Shown: positions 33,728-43,996, counted from the first letter of the stretch. The stretch is DNA of 57,726 nucleotides from an uncultured Eubacteriales bacterium (GCA_900320505.1 ONSL01000001.1:1-57726); one strand, 5' to 3'. Notes: a model not told the origin generated them from the sequence alone. Numbers and translations are program-made.

Positions 33728-34482
33728 TCTAAATGCTTTTTGCTACCCAATTCATAAAGAAGTATACTAGTTGCAATAGCAACATTTAAGCTTTCAACAT
33801 TACTACTTGTATCTATATATAGGTTTTTATCACACATCTTTGTAATGTCTTCTTCTACTCCGTTTCCTTCATTTCCAACTATTAGAACAAATCTTTCTTT
33901 GCCTTCATCATTAACATCTCTTACATCTTCGCCATACCCAACAAGTGTTCCATATATTGGATACTCTTCTTCTTTAAGTTTCTCAAGCACAGGCATTAAA
34001 TCACGTCTAATACAGTTCATATGAAAAAACATTCCTTGAGTTGCTCTTACTGTTTTAGGATTATATAAATCAACTGAATTAGGGCTAAATACAACAGTAT
34101 CTATATTAAATGCACATGCAGATCTAATTATTGTTCCAACATTTCCAGGATCTTGTACATTATCAAGTATAAGAATTTTATCACCTAATTCATTACTTTC
34201 TTTAGGTTTTCTGCATACTGCCATTACCTTTTGTGGAGTTTCAACACTTGAAATTTTTTTAATTATTTGATCTGTTAAATAAACAGTTCTTTCTTCCTCT
34301 ATATCTATTGGAAATACCTCATCTTTTTCAAGAAGTAATTCTTCTATTAAACCTTTTTTATGAGCTTCTAATACAAGATGAGCTCCTTCTACTAGAAAAA
34401 GACCTGTTCTATCTCTTTCCTTCTTATCCTTTAATCTTATATAACCTTTTACCTTTTCATTATCTAAACTTGTAATTAACAT
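33724..34482 (-). CDS. TrmH/SpoU-family RNA 2'-O-methyltransferase
   Basis: SpoU motifs DNVQDPGNVGTIIRS, LIVGNEGNG and SLNVAIATSILLYE. Confidence 0.85.
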   Translation of the reverse strand: MLITSLDNEKVKGYIRLKDKKERDRTGLFLVEGAHLVLEAHKKGLIEELLLEKDEVFPIDIEEERTVYLTDQIIKKISSVETPQKVMAVCRKPKESNELGDKILILDNVQDPGNVGTIIRSACAFNIDTVVFSPNSVDLYNPKTVRATQGMFFHMNCIRRDLMPVLEKLKEEEYPIYGTLVGYGEDVRDVNDEGKERFVLIVGNEGNGVEEDITKMCDKNLYIDTSSNVESLNVAIATSILLYELGSKKHLD

Positions 34483-34489
34483 AATATCA

Positions 34490-35506
34490 CTATCCTAACC
34501 TTTTTATTTTTTTAAGAGCATCATCAAATGTTTTTACCTCTATTACCTTTATCTTTAAATTATATTTCTTTTTAGTATTAATTGCTTCTTTGTAGTTTCT
34601 TCCAGCTGGAACTAGAAAAGCATCCATACCATCTTTTTCTGCTCCTCTTATCTTATATTTAACACCATCTATTTCGCCAACATTTCCATATTCATCAATC
34701 ATACCAGTACCTGCAATATTAAGTCCATGAGTAATATCTTTCTTAGTAAGTTCATTATATATTTCAAGTGAAAGCATTAATCCTCCAGATGGACCTCCTT
34801 CAGAATCTTTAAATTTAAATTCTACTTCTGGATCAAAATTATAGTCAGTGTATTCCATAAGTTCAACGCCTATGTATTTTTTACCCTTAATATCAGTTAC
34901 TTTAGCTTTTCTTTCATAAGATTTTCCATTATGCATAACCATAATTTTAACGGTAGAGCCATCATTCTTTGTATTAATTATTCTCTTAAAATCTTCTAGA
35001 CTCTTGCCCTCTTCTCCATCAATACTGACAAGTCTATCTGCAACCTCTAAGTCAGTATCAGACTCATCAAGTTTTGCAAATATATATATACCTTTATCCT
35101 TTATATTAGCCGTTTTACCTGCTTTCTTATAGGCAACATATGCTGCAGCATTATTTGCAGATGCAAGCCAAAGCTTATTTCTATATTCAATATCTTCAAG
35201 ACTTTCGGAATTAGAAGCCTTAGACTCTTCAACATTTTCTCTATCATAACCTAAAACATATGATAAAAGATAAGTTGCAATCGTTCCTTTTAATTCAGAT
35301 ACATAACACATATTAAATGTGCCTTTATTTTTATATTCGTTCTTAACTTCAACTCTAGGATCTGTTTCAAGTGTTCCGCCACCTGTAACTATATAATAGT
35401 TAACAGGCCATTTTATAAGTATAATAAGAACTATGAATATAATTAATTCTTTATAATTTTCTTTAAAAAAGTTTTTTATTTTTCTTTTCATAGTATCACC
35501 CAACAA
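34490..35506 (-). CDS. YlbL/SepM-like PDZ plus Lon-type serine protease
   Basis: N-terminal TM helix, PDZ-like middle part, and Lon C-terminal motifs GPSGGLMLSLEIY and IAGTGMID...GVKYKIRGAEK. Confidence 0.8.
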   Translation of the reverse strand: MLGDTMKRKIKNFFKENYKELIIFIVLIILIKWPVNYYIVTGGGTLETDPRVEVKNEYKNKGTFNMCYVSELKGTIATYLLSYVLGYDRENVEESKASNSESLEDIEYRNKLWLASANNAAAYVAYKKAGKTANIKDKGIYIFAKLDESDTDLEVADRLVSIDGEEGKSLEDFKRIINTKNDGSTVKIMVMHNGKSYERKAKVTDIKGKKYIGVELMEYTDYNFDPEVEFKFKDSEGGPSGGLMLSLEIYNELTKKDITHGLNIAGTGMIDEYGNVGEIDGVKYKIRGAEKDGMDAFLVPAGRNYKEAINTKKKYNLKIKVIEVKTFDDALKKIKRLG

Positions 35507-35545
35507 TCTTAATTATATCAAAAAATTACTAAAACTAATACAGTT

Positions 35546-36217
35546 TTAGTAATAATATTTTTCATCATTATCCGTTACTTTACAATATCTATAATTAAGA
35601 GGAGCAACTATCAAAATATGATTATCACCAATCTCTTCTGGTGCAGATATCGTTATATCAAGTGAAAAATAATTGATACCATAGTTAGTATTTGTAATTG
35701 GATCTATTGTATTATAAGCATCATGTACATTTGTATTAATAGATGAAAATCTTGTAAACTTTACACCAGTACAATCACTACTTGTACATTCTGTATCTGG
35801 AAGATCATACTTAACCTTTTGTGTATATCCTAAATTATTTATATCATCATATACTATATAATTTTCTGACTTAACATTACTGTTCGCATGAATTTCTAAT
35901 TGTTTTGAATAAATATTTCCTCTTCCGTTGCTTGCTCTTAAAGGTATATTGTAATTTAACGTAAATCTATATATTGTAGTTGAACCACTTTTATAACTAT
36001 TTGCAACAACATTCTTAATTTCTCCCTTTATGATATCGGTTTGAATTTGCTTTGTTATTATGTTTTTATAATCAACTATTTCATTTTTCTTTTCTAGATC
36101 AATTTCCTCATTTGAATAATTAAGTATAAAATTTGTAATAGCAACTGCTAATGCTGATGCAATCATAAAGCCGATTAAAAGTTCTGCAATTGTCATTCCT
36201 TTATTATCTAACTTCAT
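35546..36217 (-). CDS. prepilin-type (type IV pilin/pseudopilin-like) protein
   Basis: Class III signal KG|MTIAELLIGFMIASALAV, with Glu at +5 after the Gly. Confidence 0.75.
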   Translation of the reverse strand: MKLDNKGMTIAELLIGFMIASALAVAITNFILNYSNEEIDLEKKNEIVDYKNIITKQIQTDIIKGEIKNVVANSYKSGSTTIYRFTLNYNIPLRASNGRGNIYSKQLEIHANSNVKSENYIVYDDINNLGYTQKVKYDLPDTECTSSDCTGVKFTRFSSINTNVHDAYNTIDPITNTNYGINYFSLDITISAPEEIGDNHILIVAPLNYRYCKVTDNDEKYYY

Positions 36218-36945
36218 TCTCTATTCACCTCTATTGATGCATAAGTATAGTACTTATCTCCAAATTCAGTTAAAGCCTCATGCTCCTGTTCAACAATTAA
36301 TAAAAGTTTTCTATTTTTATTTGCAGCAGAAATATGTGAAGGAAGATATGCAACATATGATTTAAAGCTTCTTGTAAACATATTACTATTCTTAACAAAA
36401 TCTTTAAATGAACGAGAAGCACCTGTTGGTACAGAAGTTGTTTCATAAGAAGTTATATATATATTTGTTATATGACTTGCATTTACAAACTGATTGCAAT
36501 AATACATATTATTTTTAGTTTTCTTACTTGTATCAAGCATATTGCATAATGAATTTCTGTTAGTATAATGATAATCTGTTGTAAAGATATTGTTGTTTTC
36601 AATTGGAACATACATTATATTACCATCATTATCTGCTTTGCAATCAGAAGTTGCACATTTATAAGATGTAGTTTCATACATTTTACAAGTATTACCACAA
36701 TCAGACTGAAAACCACCTGACATATTAGTAATTCTATTTGGCGTAGATGTATCGGTTTCAATCATCTCTTTAATATAATATGCCAAGTATTTTGTATCAA
36801 GGTCTTCATAGTTTTCAGTTGCTTTATTTTTTGCAGAAATTGGATATATTATATTGTAAAGCATAGTGATTGTAAATGCTATTGCAAGCGCACTAACTAT
36901 GGTTTCTACCATTGCAAATCCTTTCTCATTAAATTTTTTTTTCAT
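36214..36945 (-). CDS. prepilin-type (type IV pilin/pseudopilin-like) protein, Cys-rich
   Basis: Class III signal KG|FAMVETIVSALAIAF. The globular part has at least 8 Cys (SDCGNTCK...YKCATSDCK...). Confidence 0.75.
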   Translation of the reverse strand: MKKKFNEKGFAMVETIVSALAIAFTITMLYNIIYPISAKNKATENYEDLDTKYLAYYIKEMIETDTSTPNRITNMSGGFQSDCGNTCKMYETTSYKCATSDCKADNDGNIMYVPIENNNIFTTDYHYTNRNSLCNMLDTSKKTKNNMYYCNQFVNASHITNIYITSYETTSVPTGASRSFKDFVKNSNMFTRSFKSYVAYLPSHISAANKNRKLLLIVEQEHEALTEFGDKYYTYASIEVNRE

Positions 36946-37056
36946 AACTTTCCTCTTTCTTCTTGTAAAGATTCCTACTTTATTATATAATTAATTATAG
37001 TCTAGGGTTGGGGAATTGTAAAGAATAAAAATGAATAGAAAGGGAGATGCTAATTT

Positions 37057-39861
37057 ATGGTAACGTTTAACTTCGCTCAAACGCCAGTTACACAAATAGC
37101 AGATGCAATAATAATTGAAGCATCTCGTAAAAATGCCAGTGATATTCATTTTGATCCAAGAGATAATGGCTTAATGGTTAGACTAAGAATTGATGGAGAT
37201 TTAATGGATTATGCTTACATTCCTAAAGCCTATGAAAGAAACTTAACAACTAGACTTAAACTTATGTCTGGTATGAATATTACGGAAAGTCGTCTACCAC
37301 AAGATGGTGCAATTAAAGGAAACTTTGGTGGAAAAGAACTTGATATGCGTGCATCTTGCCTTCCAACAAATGAAGGAGAAAAAATAGTTATTCGTATTCT
37401 TGACTATACAAGAAGTTTAGGTGGACTTGATGACTTAGGTTTTTCAGATGATAACTTAGTAAAAATAAAAAGAATGGTCGCTGCGCCAAATGGTATTATA
37501 CTTGTTACAGGAGCTACTGGTTCAGGAAAATCTACAACAACATACTCTATGCTTCAAGTATTAAATAAAGAAAACACAAATATTATCACAGTTGAAGACC
37601 CAATTGAAATGAATATTGAAGGATTAAACCAAGTACAAGTTAATTCTGAAATTGGTCTTACATTTGCAACAGTATTAAGATCTATTTTACGTCAGGATCC
37701 AAACGTTATACTTATTGGAGAAATTCGTGATTCAGAAACCGCACAAATTGCAGTACGTGCATCTATTACTGGTCACCTTGTTTTATCAACAATCCATACA
37801 AACAACTCACTTGCAACAATTGAGAGACTTCTAGATATGAATGTTGAAAAATATTTGCTTTCAACTGCAATTACAGGAATTGTTTCACAACGTCTCGCAA
37901 AAATGCTTTGCAAAAATTGTAGAAGGAAAAGAAAAACTACTCCATATGAGAAAAAAGTATTTAAACTTGCACTTCGTAAAGATGTAGATGAGATATGGGA
38001 TGTTAATCCTGATGGATGTAATGAATGTAATCATGGTTATAAAGGACGTATCGCTTTGCAAGAAGTTCTAGAAATATCTGATGAAATATCATCTGCAATA
38101 AACGAGGTTAATACAGATAGAGATGAACTTCGTAAACTTGTTTATGGAACAGGAAAGGTTACTACCCTACTTCAAGATGGACTTAATAAAGTATTAGCTG
38201 GTGAAACAAGTTTTGAAGAAATATATAGAGTTATTGAAATTGATAACGATATTGATGATAGTTGTATGGCATTCATGTCTGAAGATAAAGAAGAACAAGC
38301 CGTTGAAAACTTAAAAACAGTTGAAAAAGCTGAAGTTGTAGAAGTTGAGCAAAATGATTCAAATATAGAAAATAAAGTAAAGACTGATGTAGAATCAAAT
38401 ACAACATCAGCACTTAAAGAAAAGGTAATGGATGATAAAGTATCTTCTAATGCAAATAAAGTAATAAATAACAGTGCATCTTCAATACTAACATCAAATG
38501 CTAAACAAAAAGTTGCAAAAACTGAAACAATAGTTGTACCAAAAGCAGCTGATAAAGCTCCAGTTCAAACTAAAGAAGCTGAACAAAATGTTATAAATAC
38601 ATCTAAACCTTCTAATGAAAATCAAAAGCAAGTTATGACTATTAAAGAAGATCAAAAAGAAAATAGTACAAACATCAAAACAGAAACGCCTGTTATAAAA
38701 TTAAAGGAAAAATCTGAAGTCCCAGTTATAAATATTACTGCAGATAAAAGTGCAAATAATGAAAAAACACCAGTAGTTGTGGTTAATCAAGTAAATAAAG
38801 ATAATAATATAAAAGAAGATGCTAAACAAAAAGTTGAAACTCGAGCTATAAATGAAAGTAATAATGCAAAAGTAAATTCTAAAGAAGAAGTATCACCTGT
38901 CGTAGTTCCAGTAGTAAATGTAAAAGGAAATAGCAATGATAAAATAAAAGACAATAAAAAAGAAGAAAAGCAAGTAGTTTCAACCCCAAGTATAAATAAA
39001 AATAATAATGTTAAAGCAGAATCTAAAAAAGAAGCATCACCTATTGTTGTTACAGTAGTAAATGCAAAAGAAAATAATAGTGCTAAAGCAAAAGATGTTC
39101 CAACTATAAATAAAAATAATAATATTAAAGTTGAGTCTAAGAACGAAAATAATAAAGTAAAAGAACAAGAAACTAAAAATAAAAATTCTAAAAAAGAAGT
39201 AATAAAGAAAGATAGCAATCAAAAAGCATCTGTTCAAACTATAAACATCAAAGAAAACACTAATAGCAAAGAAGAAAGAAAACATTTTGAAGACTTCTTC
39301 CCTAAAAAAGATTTATTCTCAAATTCAAGCATAAATAATAAAGAGAAGAAAACGAAAGATGATAAAAAGAAAGATAAAGTTGTAATTAAACTTGATGAGT
39401 TGATTGGAAGTACAGATATATTTAAGAAAGATGATAAAAGCAAAAAAGAAGTAAAAGAATTTAAAGAAAAAGAATTAAAGAATGATAAAGAATTAAGAAA
39501 AGAAAGTGCAGCATACTTCCCTAAAAAACTTCCAAGCAATAAAGATTCAATTAATAAACTAAATCTTGAAATTAAAAAGATAAAAGATAGAAATATAAAT
39601 GATACAATTACTAAAGAAGATACAGAAATTCTTTATAACTTACTTGATGAAAAAATTAAAAAATTAAATGATATAAAAAATAATGATGATTCTGCTGATA
39701 TTATTTATAATCTATTAGATGAAAAAATTAAACTTCTTGATAAAAAGAAAGACAAATCAAAAACAAAAAATAATAAAAAAACTACTAAATCAAAAAATAA
39801 AATTAATAGTAGAAAATACAGCAGTAACTTTTTTCCAAGAAGTATAGATGAAATAAAATAA
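37057..39861 (+). CDS. GspE/PilB/ComGA-family secretion ATPase fused to a ~540-aa Lys/Asn/Glu/Val-rich repetitive C-terminal tail
   Basis: Walker A GATGSGKST, Asp box, Walker B ILIGEIRD, His box TGHLVLSTIHTN, and tetra-Cys CKNC...CNEC. The tail from about aa 400 is low complexity. Confidence 0.85.
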   Translation: MVTFNFAQTPVTQIADAIIIEASRKNASDIHFDPRDNGLMVRLRIDGDLMDYAYIPKAYERNLTTRLKLMSGMNITESRLPQDGAIKGNFGGKELDMRASCLPTNEGEKIVIRILDYTRSLGGLDDLGFSDDNLVKIKRMVAAPNGIILVTGATGSGKSTTTYSMLQVLNKENTNIITVEDPIEMNIEGLNQVQVNSEIGLTFATVLRSILRQDPNVILIGEIRDSETAQIAVRASITGHLVLSTIHTNNSLATIERLLDMNVEKYLLSTAITGIVSQRLAKMLCKNCRRKRKTTPYEKKVFKLALRKDVDEIWDVNPDGCNECNHGYKGRIALQEVLEISDEISSAINEVNTDRDELRKLVYGTGKVTTLLQDGLNKVLAGETSFEEIYRVIEIDNDIDDSCMAFMSEDKEEQAVENLKTVEKAEVVEVEQNDSNIENKVKTDVESNTTSALKEKVMDDKVSSNANKVINNSASSILTSNAKQKVAKTETIVVPKAADKAPVQTKEAEQNVINTSKPSNENQKQVMTIKEDQKENSTNIKTETPVIKLKEKSEVPVINITADKSANNEKTPVVVVNQVNKDNNIKEDAKQKVETRAINESNNAKVNSKEEVSPVVVPVVNVKGNSNDKIKDNKKEEKQVVSTPSINKNNNVKAESKKEASPIVVTVVNAKENNSAKAKDVPTINKNNNIKVESKNENNKVKEQETKNKNSKKEVIKKDSNQKASVQTINIKENTNSKEERKHFEDFFPKKDLFSNSSINNKEKKTKDDKKKDKVVIKLDELIGSTDIFKKDDKSKKEVKEFKEKELKNDKELRKESAAYFPKKLPSNKDSINKLNLEIKKIKDRNINDTITKEDTEILYNLLDEKIKKLNDIKNNDDSADIIYNLLDEKIKLLDKKKDKSKTKNNKKTTKSKNKINSRKYSSNFFPRSIDEIK
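38848..39150 (+). repeat. degenerate in-frame tandem repeats inside the ATPase tail
   Basis: Units start at 38848, 38992 and 39106 (144- and 114-nt periods) and encode IN(E/K)(S/N)NN-x-K-x-(N/E)SK-x-E-x-SP-x-VV-x-VVN-x-K. A second duplicated segment, (L/I)YNLLDEKIK, has its Tyr codons at 39634 and 39706. Confidence 0.7.
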
Positions 39862-39873
39862 GGACTATTTAAA

Positions 39874-40539
39874 TTAGTCCTTATTTTTTAATATCATATT
39901 TAAAATTTCATCATTTATTTCTTTTACATCTCTCATTTTATTCATATTAGTACATTCAATTTTATTCCATCCATAAAGTGTTGTAAGCTCAAGATATGCC
40001 TTCTCACTCTTTTCAAGGTAATCTATATCTTTTTCATCATCATCTAAATCTTTCCTATTTTTTAAAAGTTCTTTCGTTACACTAATAGGAACATGTAAAT
40101 ATATTGTAATATCTGGTTTAGGAATTTTTAATAGCCAGTATTCTAATCTATCAATCCACTGATACATATAAAATCTATCTTCTTTGTTTTCTATTTTGCT
40201 TCCCTGATATGCTAAATTAGATGTTGTATACCTATCAAGTATTATATAATATCCTTCATCATAATATTTAATTATTTCTTTCATATTATATTTTCTATCT
40301 GCAGCATAATAAAGAGATGCAACATAAGGATCAACATTACTTGCCCTTTCCTTAAATAAACTTTTTTTATATTTTCCTAAATAGCAATCCTCAACTATTT
40401 TTCCGGTTGGAGAATCATACATTGGAAATGAAAATCTTTTGCATTTTATTCCCATATCATTTAATCTTTCTTCTAAAAGTTTAGATTGTGTTTCCTTACC
40501 ACTACAATCAGTGCCTTCTATTACAATATACTTTCCCAT
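39874..40539 (-). CDS. tmk: thymidylate (dTMP) kinase
   Basis: KYIVIEGTDCSGKETQ P-loop and the DRY motif (LDRYTTSNLAYQ). The probable start is the ATG at 40539. The longer track ORF would overlap ruvB. Confidence 0.85.
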   Translation of the reverse strand: MGKYIVIEGTDCSGKETQSKLLEERLNDMGIKCKRFSFPMYDSPTGKIVEDCYLGKYKKSLFKERASNVDPYVASLYYAADRKYNMKEIIKYYDEGYYIILDRYTTSNLAYQGSKIENKEDRFYMYQWIDRLEYWLLKIPKPDITIYLHVPISVTKELLKNRKDLDDDEKDIDYLEKSEKAYLELTTLYGWNKIECTNMNKMRDVKEINDEILNMILKNKD

Positions 40540-40601
40540 GATATCACCCATCCTATAATATAATTTTACCATAAAATAGAAAAATAATGCTAAAATTAGC
40601 A

Positions 40602-41621
40602 TTATTCATTAAATAAATTTTCTTGATAATCAATGTGCATTACTTTATAAGCAAGAGGTGTAGCAACTCTACCACGTGAAGTTCTTTTTACAAGACCTTT
40701 TTGAAGCAAGTATGGCTCTTGTGCATCTTCTATAGTTGCTCGTTCTTCTCCAATTGATGATGCAATAGCATCAATACCAACAGGTCCACCATTAAACTTA
40801 TTAATTATTGCACCTAATATTTCATGATCAACTTCATTAAGTCCATATTCATCAACTTTAAGTCTTTCGAGTGCTTTGTTTGTTTCCCCTATATCTATTT
40901 CATCTTTGTTGTCAACTAGTGCAAAGTCTCTAACTCTTTTAAATAATCTATTTGCAATACGTGGAGTTCCTCTAGATCTTTTTGCAAGTGCCTTTGCAGC
41001 ATCTGAAGTAATATTCATATCAAGAACACGTGATGTCCTATTTATTATCGCTTCTAATTCATCATCAGTATAATAATTTAATTTACAAACTATTCCAAAT
41101 CTATCTCTTAAAGGACTTGATAAATCTCCTGCTCTTGTAGTTGCTCCAACAAGTGTAAATGGTGGAAGATCAATTTTAATATTATGACTGTTACCCTCAC
41201 TTCCAACAACTATATCAAGTGTAAAATCTTCCATTGCTGGATAAAGAATCTCCTCAATATATCTAGGCATTCTATGTATCTCATCTATAAATAAAACATC
41301 TCCTGGTTCAAGTGTCGAAAGTATTGCGGCAAGATCTCCTGATTTTTCTATTGATGGTCCAGATGCAGTCTTAATATTTGTTCCCATTTCATTTGCAATT
41401 ATATAAGCAAGAGTTGTTTTTCCAAGTCCTGGAGGACCATAAAGGAGAACATGATCAAGAACCTCACCTCTCATTTTAGCAGCTTCAACAAAGACTTTTA
41501 TATTCTCTTTAACATCTTTTTGACCAATATATTCTGAAAATCTTTCAGGTCTTATTTTTTGATCTAAAACATCGTCTTCTAATTCAGTTTCAGCATCTGT
41601 TATGTCTTTTTCTTTTTTCAT
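40602..41621 (-). CDS. ruvB: Holliday junction branch migration helicase RuvB
   Basis: [25 protein letters not shown], and C-terminal winged helix. Confidence 0.97.
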   Translation of the reverse strand: MKKEKDITDAETELEDDVLDQKIRPERFSEYIGQKDVKENIKVFVEAAKMRGEVLDHVLLYGPPGLGKTTLAYIIANEMGTNIKTASGPSIEKSGDLAAILSTLEPGDVLFIDEIHRMPRYIEEILYPAMEDFTLDIVVGSEGNSHNIKIDLPPFTLVGATTRAGDLSSPLRDRFGIVCKLNYYTDDELEAIINRTSRVLDMNITSDAAKALAKRSRGTPRIANRLFKRVRDFALVDNKDEIDIGETNKALERLKVDEYGLNEVDHEILGAIINKFNGGPVGIDAIASSIGEERATIEDAQEPYLLQKGLVKRTSRGRVATPLAYKVMHIDYQENLFNE

Positions 41622-41629
41622 GTAATCAC

Positions 41630-42562
41630 CTACTTTACTTTAATACGTTTTTTTAAAATATCATCTATTTTATCATAGTGTTTGCTATATAAACTAACCA
41701 TTTCATTTTTATATTCATTTGGAACTTTAATGTTATCTGAATGTTCCATACTTTTTATTGTATTTTCAAGTACTTCTGGTGTCAAAATATTATGCATACT
41801 ACTAGCATAAGAATATACAGAATCATCAGAGATATCTAAAAAAGAATCAAAGTCATCATAAGGATCATCAAGTCCTGCTCCCCTCATCGAATTATTTCTA
41901 TAATAATAAAGAGGATTAAAAGCCTGATCCATATCAAACATAGGAGAATCTTCTGTAAGTGATAAATTCTCGCAGTCAAGTGTTTCACCATTTCCTAAAT
42001 GAAAATCTCTATCCATTATATAAAATCTAAATATGAATCTTCTTACTTGTTCTTTTACTTTGTTTTCAACTATTGCATCTCTGTTTTTAAAATCTTTGTA
42101 ATGATAGTAATAGCTATCCCATATAACATCTAAACTATCTTGATTTATAGAATTATCACCATAGTATTTATCATATAAACCTTTCTTTTCAAGTTCATCC
42201 ATATAATAAATATTCATTTCTTGATTTGAATATACATCGTACCCATCTTTTCTATAATCTTTTGATATCAAGGCATATCTATAATCTTTAATCTTATCAG
42301 TACCATAGTTAATTAATGCAATATCAGATTTAATTGAATCAAGATTTACTAAAGGAGCAAGACGTTCTGCAACAAGTTCTGCATACATCTTATAAAATAT
42401 ATTCTTCTCAGATGCAACTTTTATAAAATAGCTTTCATCATTAAGTGTAACAAAATATGTTCCAGAATATTCTTTTGCAACAGGAATATGATTCATTGTT
42501 TTAAGTATTCCTTTTCTTTGAGCAACATCAAAACTGCTAAAATAATTATCTAAATTAACCAT
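41630..42562 (-). CDS. uncharacterised protein with HipA/APH-like kinase-fold motifs, embedded in the ruvAB operon
   Basis: [24 protein letters not shown] (D-x-H-x-x-N) and PMFDMDQAF. Gaps of 8-9 nt to ruvA and ruvB. Confidence 0.5.
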   Translation of the reverse strand: MVNLDNYFSSFDVAQRKGILKTMNHIPVAKEYSGTYFVTLNDESYFIKVASEKNIFYKMYAELVAERLAPLVNLDSIKSDIALINYGTDKIKDYRYALISKDYRKDGYDVYSNQEMNIYYMDELEKKGLYDKYYGDNSINQDSLDVIWDSYYYHYKDFKNRDAIVENKVKEQVRRFIFRFYIMDRDFHLGNGETLDCENLSLTEDSPMFDMDQAFNPLYYYRNNSMRGAGLDDPYDDFDSFLDISDDSVYSYASSMHNILTPEVLENTIKSMEHSDNIKVPNEYKNEMVSLYSKHYDKIDDILKKRIKVK

Positions 42563-42571
42563 TTAATCACC

Positions 42572-43132
42572 CTATTTTAAAAGCATTTTTAACGCATCTT
42601 TTATTTGATCACCAATTGAAAGAGTCTTATCAACTTTACCTATTACACCCTTTATTTCCTTATCTTTATATCCAAGACTTATTAATGCATCATATAGATC
42701 ATTTTCACTATCATCTTCATCTTCTTCTGCCATATTAACTTGTGAAACCTTTCCCTTTAAATCAAGTACAATCTGCTTTGCAACTTTATCACCAATCTTT
42801 GGAAACTTTTTTAAATATAAATAATTTTCTCTTTGAATAGCATCTACAATTCCATTTACTGATCCAGTTGCAAGCATTGGAAGTGCCATCTTTGGTCCTA
42901 GTCCCTTAACACTAATTAATTTTAAGAATAAGCTTCTTTCTTCTTGTGACTTAAAGCCATATAAAGAAAGTTCATCTTCTCTTACAACTTCATATACATA
43001 TACTCTTGCATTTTCTCCCTCTTTGAAAGAATATGGTGATGGTGTATTGATTAAATATCCAACACCACTAGCATTTATTGATATACTTCCAGAATATATA
43101 TATTCTACTTTTCCTTCTATAAAATCATACAT
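42572..43132 (-). CDS. ruvA: Holliday junction DNA-binding protein RuvA
   Basis: MYDFIEGKV start (GGTGG RBS before the ATG at 43132) and the HhH motifs ISVKGLGPKMAL and FPKIGDKVAKQI. Confidence 0.9.
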   Translation of the reverse strand: MYDFIEGKVEYIYSGSISINASGVGYLINTPSPYSFKEGENARVYVYEVVREDELSLYGFKSQEERSLFLKLISVKGLGPKMALPMLATGSVNGIVDAIQRENYLYLKKFPKIGDKVAKQIVLDLKGKVSQVNMAEEDEDDSENDLYDALISLGYKDKEIKGVIGKVDKTLSIGDQIKDALKMLLK

Positions 43133-43203
43133 ATAACCACCATGTTTATTATATACGTAAATGCTTACAAATTTCAATGAAAAAAGCTCATTTTCATGAA
43201 CTT

Positions 43204-43926
43204 TTAATCTTTCAAATTAGTATAAACATCTTGAACATCATCTAAGTCATCAAGTGTTTCTATTAAAGTTTCTATCTTCTCTTGCTTTTCTGGATCAGAC
43301 ACCTCAACAGTATTTGTTGGAATAAATGTAACCTCACTTGTTAAAAATTCTTTAACGCCAGCATCCTCTAATGCTTTCTTACATTTTATAAAGTCTTCAG
43401 CAAGAGTTGTTATTTCATATGCATCTCCAATATTTACAAAATCAAGAGCCCCACTATCAAGTGCAGTCATCATCATATCATCCTCATTATAATCAGATGG
43501 TATATCAATTATTCCACGTCTTTCAAACATATAGCTTACAGAACCAGATGTGCCAAGATTTCCACCATGATGAGTGAATGCTGCTCTAACATCGCTTGCA
43601 GTTCTATTTTTGTTATCAGTTAAGCAGTCACACATTATTGCAACTCCTTCTGGTCCATAGCCTTCATATCTTACTTGTTCATAGTTTTCACCATTTCCAG
43701 CACCTGCAGCTTTATCAATTGCATTTTGTATTTTATCTTTTGGCATATTAGCAGAGCGTGCTTTTTCAACTACCATTCTAAGTGATGCATTTGAATCAGG
43801 ATCAGGTGATCCAGACTTTGCTGCGACAAATAACTCTTTAGCAAGTTTTTGGAAAACTTTACCACGTGCAGCATCTATTTCTCCTTTTTTTCTATGAATT
43901 GTTGCCCATTTTGAATGTCCACTCAT
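43204..43926 (-). CDS. yebC: YebC/PmpR-family transcriptional regulator
   Basis: MSGHSKWATIHRKKG start; full-length 240 aa. Confidence 0.93.
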   Translation of the reverse strand: MSGHSKWATIHRKKGEIDAARGKVFQKLAKELFVAAKSGSPDPDSNASLRMVVEKARSANMPKDKIQNAIDKAAGAGNGENYEQVRYEGYGPEGVAIMCDCLTDNKNRTASDVRAAFTHHGGNLGTSGSVSYMFERRGIIDIPSDYNEDDMMMTALDSGALDFVNIGDAYEITTLAEDFIKCKKALEDAGVKEFLTSEVTFIPTNTVEVSDPEKQEKIETLIETLDDLDDVQDVYTNLKD

Positions 43927-43996
43927 TATAAATCACTCCTTATTTACATACTAATAATAACATAAATATCAAATATTTAAAAGATAAACTTTTATA

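Noticed and set aside
38787-39539. Three minus-strand ORFs (143, 82 and 101 aa) inside the ATPase tail
   Set aside because: These are antisense readings of A-rich, Lys/Asn-coding repetitive DNA (Phe/Leu/Ser-rich products). They have no RBS and overlap each other.
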